Source: an uncultured Clostridia bacterium | GTDB taxonomy: Bacteria > Bacillota > Clostridia > Christensenellales > UBA1242 | Reading direction: 5' to 3' | Assembly (NCBI GenBank): GCA_944383975.1 | Contig: CALWRN010000063.1 | Location: forward strand, 1 to 47,999 | Length of the DNA: 47,999 nucleotides | In this document: positions 46,449 through 47,999 of the stretch, piece by piece | Numbering within the stretch: the first letter of the stretch is position 1 | Layout: the number at the start of each line of letters is the position of its first letter | The notes under the pieces: generated by a model | Database searches by the model: none | Seen by the model: the letters and a program-made list of their open reading frames with translations, nothing else | Told to the model about the DNA's origin: nothing | Program-made: the position numbers and the translations under genes

Positions 46449-47033
46449 TTATTTAGTATTTATGTTTCTGAAATAAAAAGCCTGTGCTTGTAACGCACTC
46501 GGAAGACAAAACTCGTTATTCTCAACAAAATCTAACAAATCTTCTAACTTAACAATTTTTAACTTGATATCCTCATTTTTCTCTAAATGTTGCAAGCCAC
46601 TCAATTCTACTTCTGCATTAAAACAAGTTAAACTTTCATCAGTTAATCCCGCATCTGAATATGCACAATCTATAACTTTCTCTATATTTAATACCTTTCC
46701 ACCAATTTCTTCGTATATTTCTCTAACTCCTGTATCAATAGGCTTTTCACCATCATCAACAAGACCTGCAGGCAATCCATAAATATATTTATTTAAAGGC
46801 GAACGAAATTCTTTGATAAATACAACAAATATATCTTTTCCTTTTTTATAATAAGGTAAAATTCTTACAGCATCGGGTTTATTGTTCGGATTATTAATTA
46901 CACAATTATTCTCATCTTTTCTACTAGCAAATTCATAAAACCTAGTTTTTCCATTTTGAGTTTCATAATATGCACGATATAAATTCAAGAATTTATTATT
47001 TGTTTCTTTTTTCAATTCTATTAACTTGTCCAT
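46449..47033 (-). CDS. NUDIX hydrolase (ADP-ribose pyrophosphatase-like)
   Basis: EFRSP, Nudix box PAGLVDDGE......REIYEEIG, S.AGLTDE. Confidence 0.9.
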   Translation of the reverse strand: MDKLIELKKETNNKFLNLYRAYYETQNGKTRFYEFASRKDENNCVINNPNNKPDAVRILPYYKKGKDIFVVFIKEFRSPLNKYIYGLPAGLVDDGEKPIDTGVREIYEEIGGKVLNIEKVIDCAYSDAGLTDESLTCFNAEVELSGLQHLEKNEDIKLKIVKLEDLLDFVENNEFCLPSALQAQAFYFRNINTK

Positions 47034-47150
47034 ATATTCCCCTATTAAAAGTATATAAAAACAAAAAATAAATGTAAAGATTTAATATTTAAAAAAATTA
47101 TATAAACAATTATAAGTTATAATTTTATATTAATTTACATTTATTTTTAT

Positions 47151-47186
47151 AAAAAAAAGATACCATAAGAACATGGTATCTTTTTT
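47151..47186 (-). terminator. Intrinsic terminator of the original tRNA-Val locus
   Basis: AGATACCAT-AAGAAC-ATGGTATCT with A/T tracts, just past the fragment's CCA. Confidence 0.8.
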
Positions 47187-47193
47187 CTCATAT

Positions 47194-47238
47194 TGGTGGA
47201 AGTTATAGGGCTCGAACCTATGACCTCCTGCTTGTAAG
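47194..47238 (-). pseudogene. 3' half of tRNA-Val(UAC); att-site duplication
   Basis: CTTACAA-GCAGG-AGGTC-ATAGG-TTCGAGC-CCTAT-AACTTCC-A-CCA; no D-arm or 5' acceptor strand upstream. Confidence 0.9.
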
Positions 47239-47312
47239 ATAGAAACAAATAAAATTTACAAAAGGCTAAACGCCTTTAAAATACGGCGATTTTACATCTT
47301 TTATATTATCTA

Positions 47313-47333
47313 TGACGACAATATTGACGACAA
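47313..47333. repeat. TGACGACAA direct repeat pair, putative integrase arm-type sites
   Basis: TGACGACAA-TAT-TGACGACAA, 75-95 bp inside the att core. Confidence 0.6.
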
Positions 47334-47347
47334 AAAAAGACTATAAT

Positions 47348-47866
47348 TCAATAGTCTTTTTTATTATTCTCTAACTGTTTAATTTGCTCTTGCATTTTTT
47401 CATAAAATTTTGCAGATATTTTTTCTAAATAACAAAGTTTATTTAAGTCCATTTCATCTTGTGTAACTTCAATAATTGTGTCAGTTAAAATTCCATTTAC
47501 TTTTTCAAGTTCATCAATTGCGAGTTGTTTTAACTCATTTATTGCTTTCCCACTCTGCTCATATATGAAATCATATCCAGCATTAGTTTGTTCAAGTTCT
47601 TCCTTATATCTTGCAATTTCTTTGTTTTTTTCTTCTTGTTGCTGTTTTAGTTGATTGTTTTCATCTCTTAATTTATTTAAATATTTCATTGTTTCATTAT
47701 AACTATCATTTTCTTCTTTTAATTTTAATATATCATTTGGTGATAGTCCTGTATCTTCATAATCAATTAATTTTAATACACAAGCATATAATTTTTTATC
47801 TTGATTTTCTTCATTCATTCCAACAACACCAAAATTATAATTTTCTCTAAATGTCAATCTTATCAT
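47348..47866 (-). CDS. Phage-type hypothetical coiled-coil protein
   Basis: KLIDYEDTGLSP resembles a motif I associate with clostridial prophage early genes; start ATG 47866 with AAGGAG RBS. Confidence 0.7.
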   Translation of the reverse strand: MIRLTFRENYNFGVVGMNEENQDKKLYACVLKLIDYEDTGLSPNDILKLKEENDSYNETMKYLNKLRDENNQLKQQQEEKNKEIARYKEELEQTNAGYDFIYEQSGKAINELKQLAIDELEKVNGILTDTIIEVTQDEMDLNKLCYLEKISAKFYEKMQEQIKQLENNKKDY

Positions 47867-47879
47867 TTTATACTCCTTA

Positions 47880-47999
47880 TTAAAATGGCAAATTTTTATC
47901 TTCAATTAATGTTAAAGCAATTTTAGTTTGTTCAATTTGTTTATTATTTCTATCAAAAACAATTTTTCTTCTTCCATATTTATCATATTCAATAACTTG
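47880..47999 (-). CDS. 3' end of a gene entering from outside the window, ending in an LPF tail
   Basis: Hand translation QVIEYDKYGRRKIVFDRNNKQIEQTKIALTLIEDKNLPF*. Confidence 0.65.
   Translation of the reverse strand, partial: QVIEYDKYGRRKIVFDRNNKQIEQTKIALTLIEDKNLPF

Larger units (their letters stand above)
47194..47999. mobile_element. End of a phage-like element integrated in tRNA-Val (extends beyond window)
   Basis: tRNA 3' fragment breaking at the anticodon loop, adjacent direct repeats, phage-type ORFs. Confidence 0.75.

Noticed and set aside
47194-47270. Functional tRNA-Val gene
   Set aside because: No 5' anticodon-stem strand, D-arm or 5' acceptor strand.

Overview
AT-rich chromosomal segment, most likely from a Clostridia-like Firmicute; the compact gene order suggests a reduced-genome lineage (inference). 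Left to right: (1) a >3,930-codon minus-strand lipoprotein gene (11800 to beyond position 1) that is absent from the ORF track, with Ig-like stalk segments and four GLUG-type beta-solenoid modules; (2) ttcA, gpmI, an orphan CrtO-family gene and a six-tRNA operon (Gly, Arg, His, Gln, Gln, Lys); (3) a PHP-whiA-dnaE-pfkA operon, dtd and two hypotheticals; (4) the complete S10-spc-alpha ribosomal cluster (rpsJ to rplQ, including unlisted rpmJ) with a long structured S10 leader; (5) a membrane-anchored BspA/LRR protein, recO, a YqzL-like gene, a BclA-C-like gene and a NUDIX hydrolase; (6) a displaced 3' half of tRNA-Val(UAC) marking the attachment site of a phage-like element that runs off the right end. 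The most unusual signals are the ribosomal proteins (a rewritten, normally near-invariant uS3 loop; a 118-aa histone-H1-like tail on uL24; changes in other tunnel-exit proteins), the giant lipoprotein with a palindromic promoter spacer, and the att junction. No CRISPR array, rRNA or defence system was seen.
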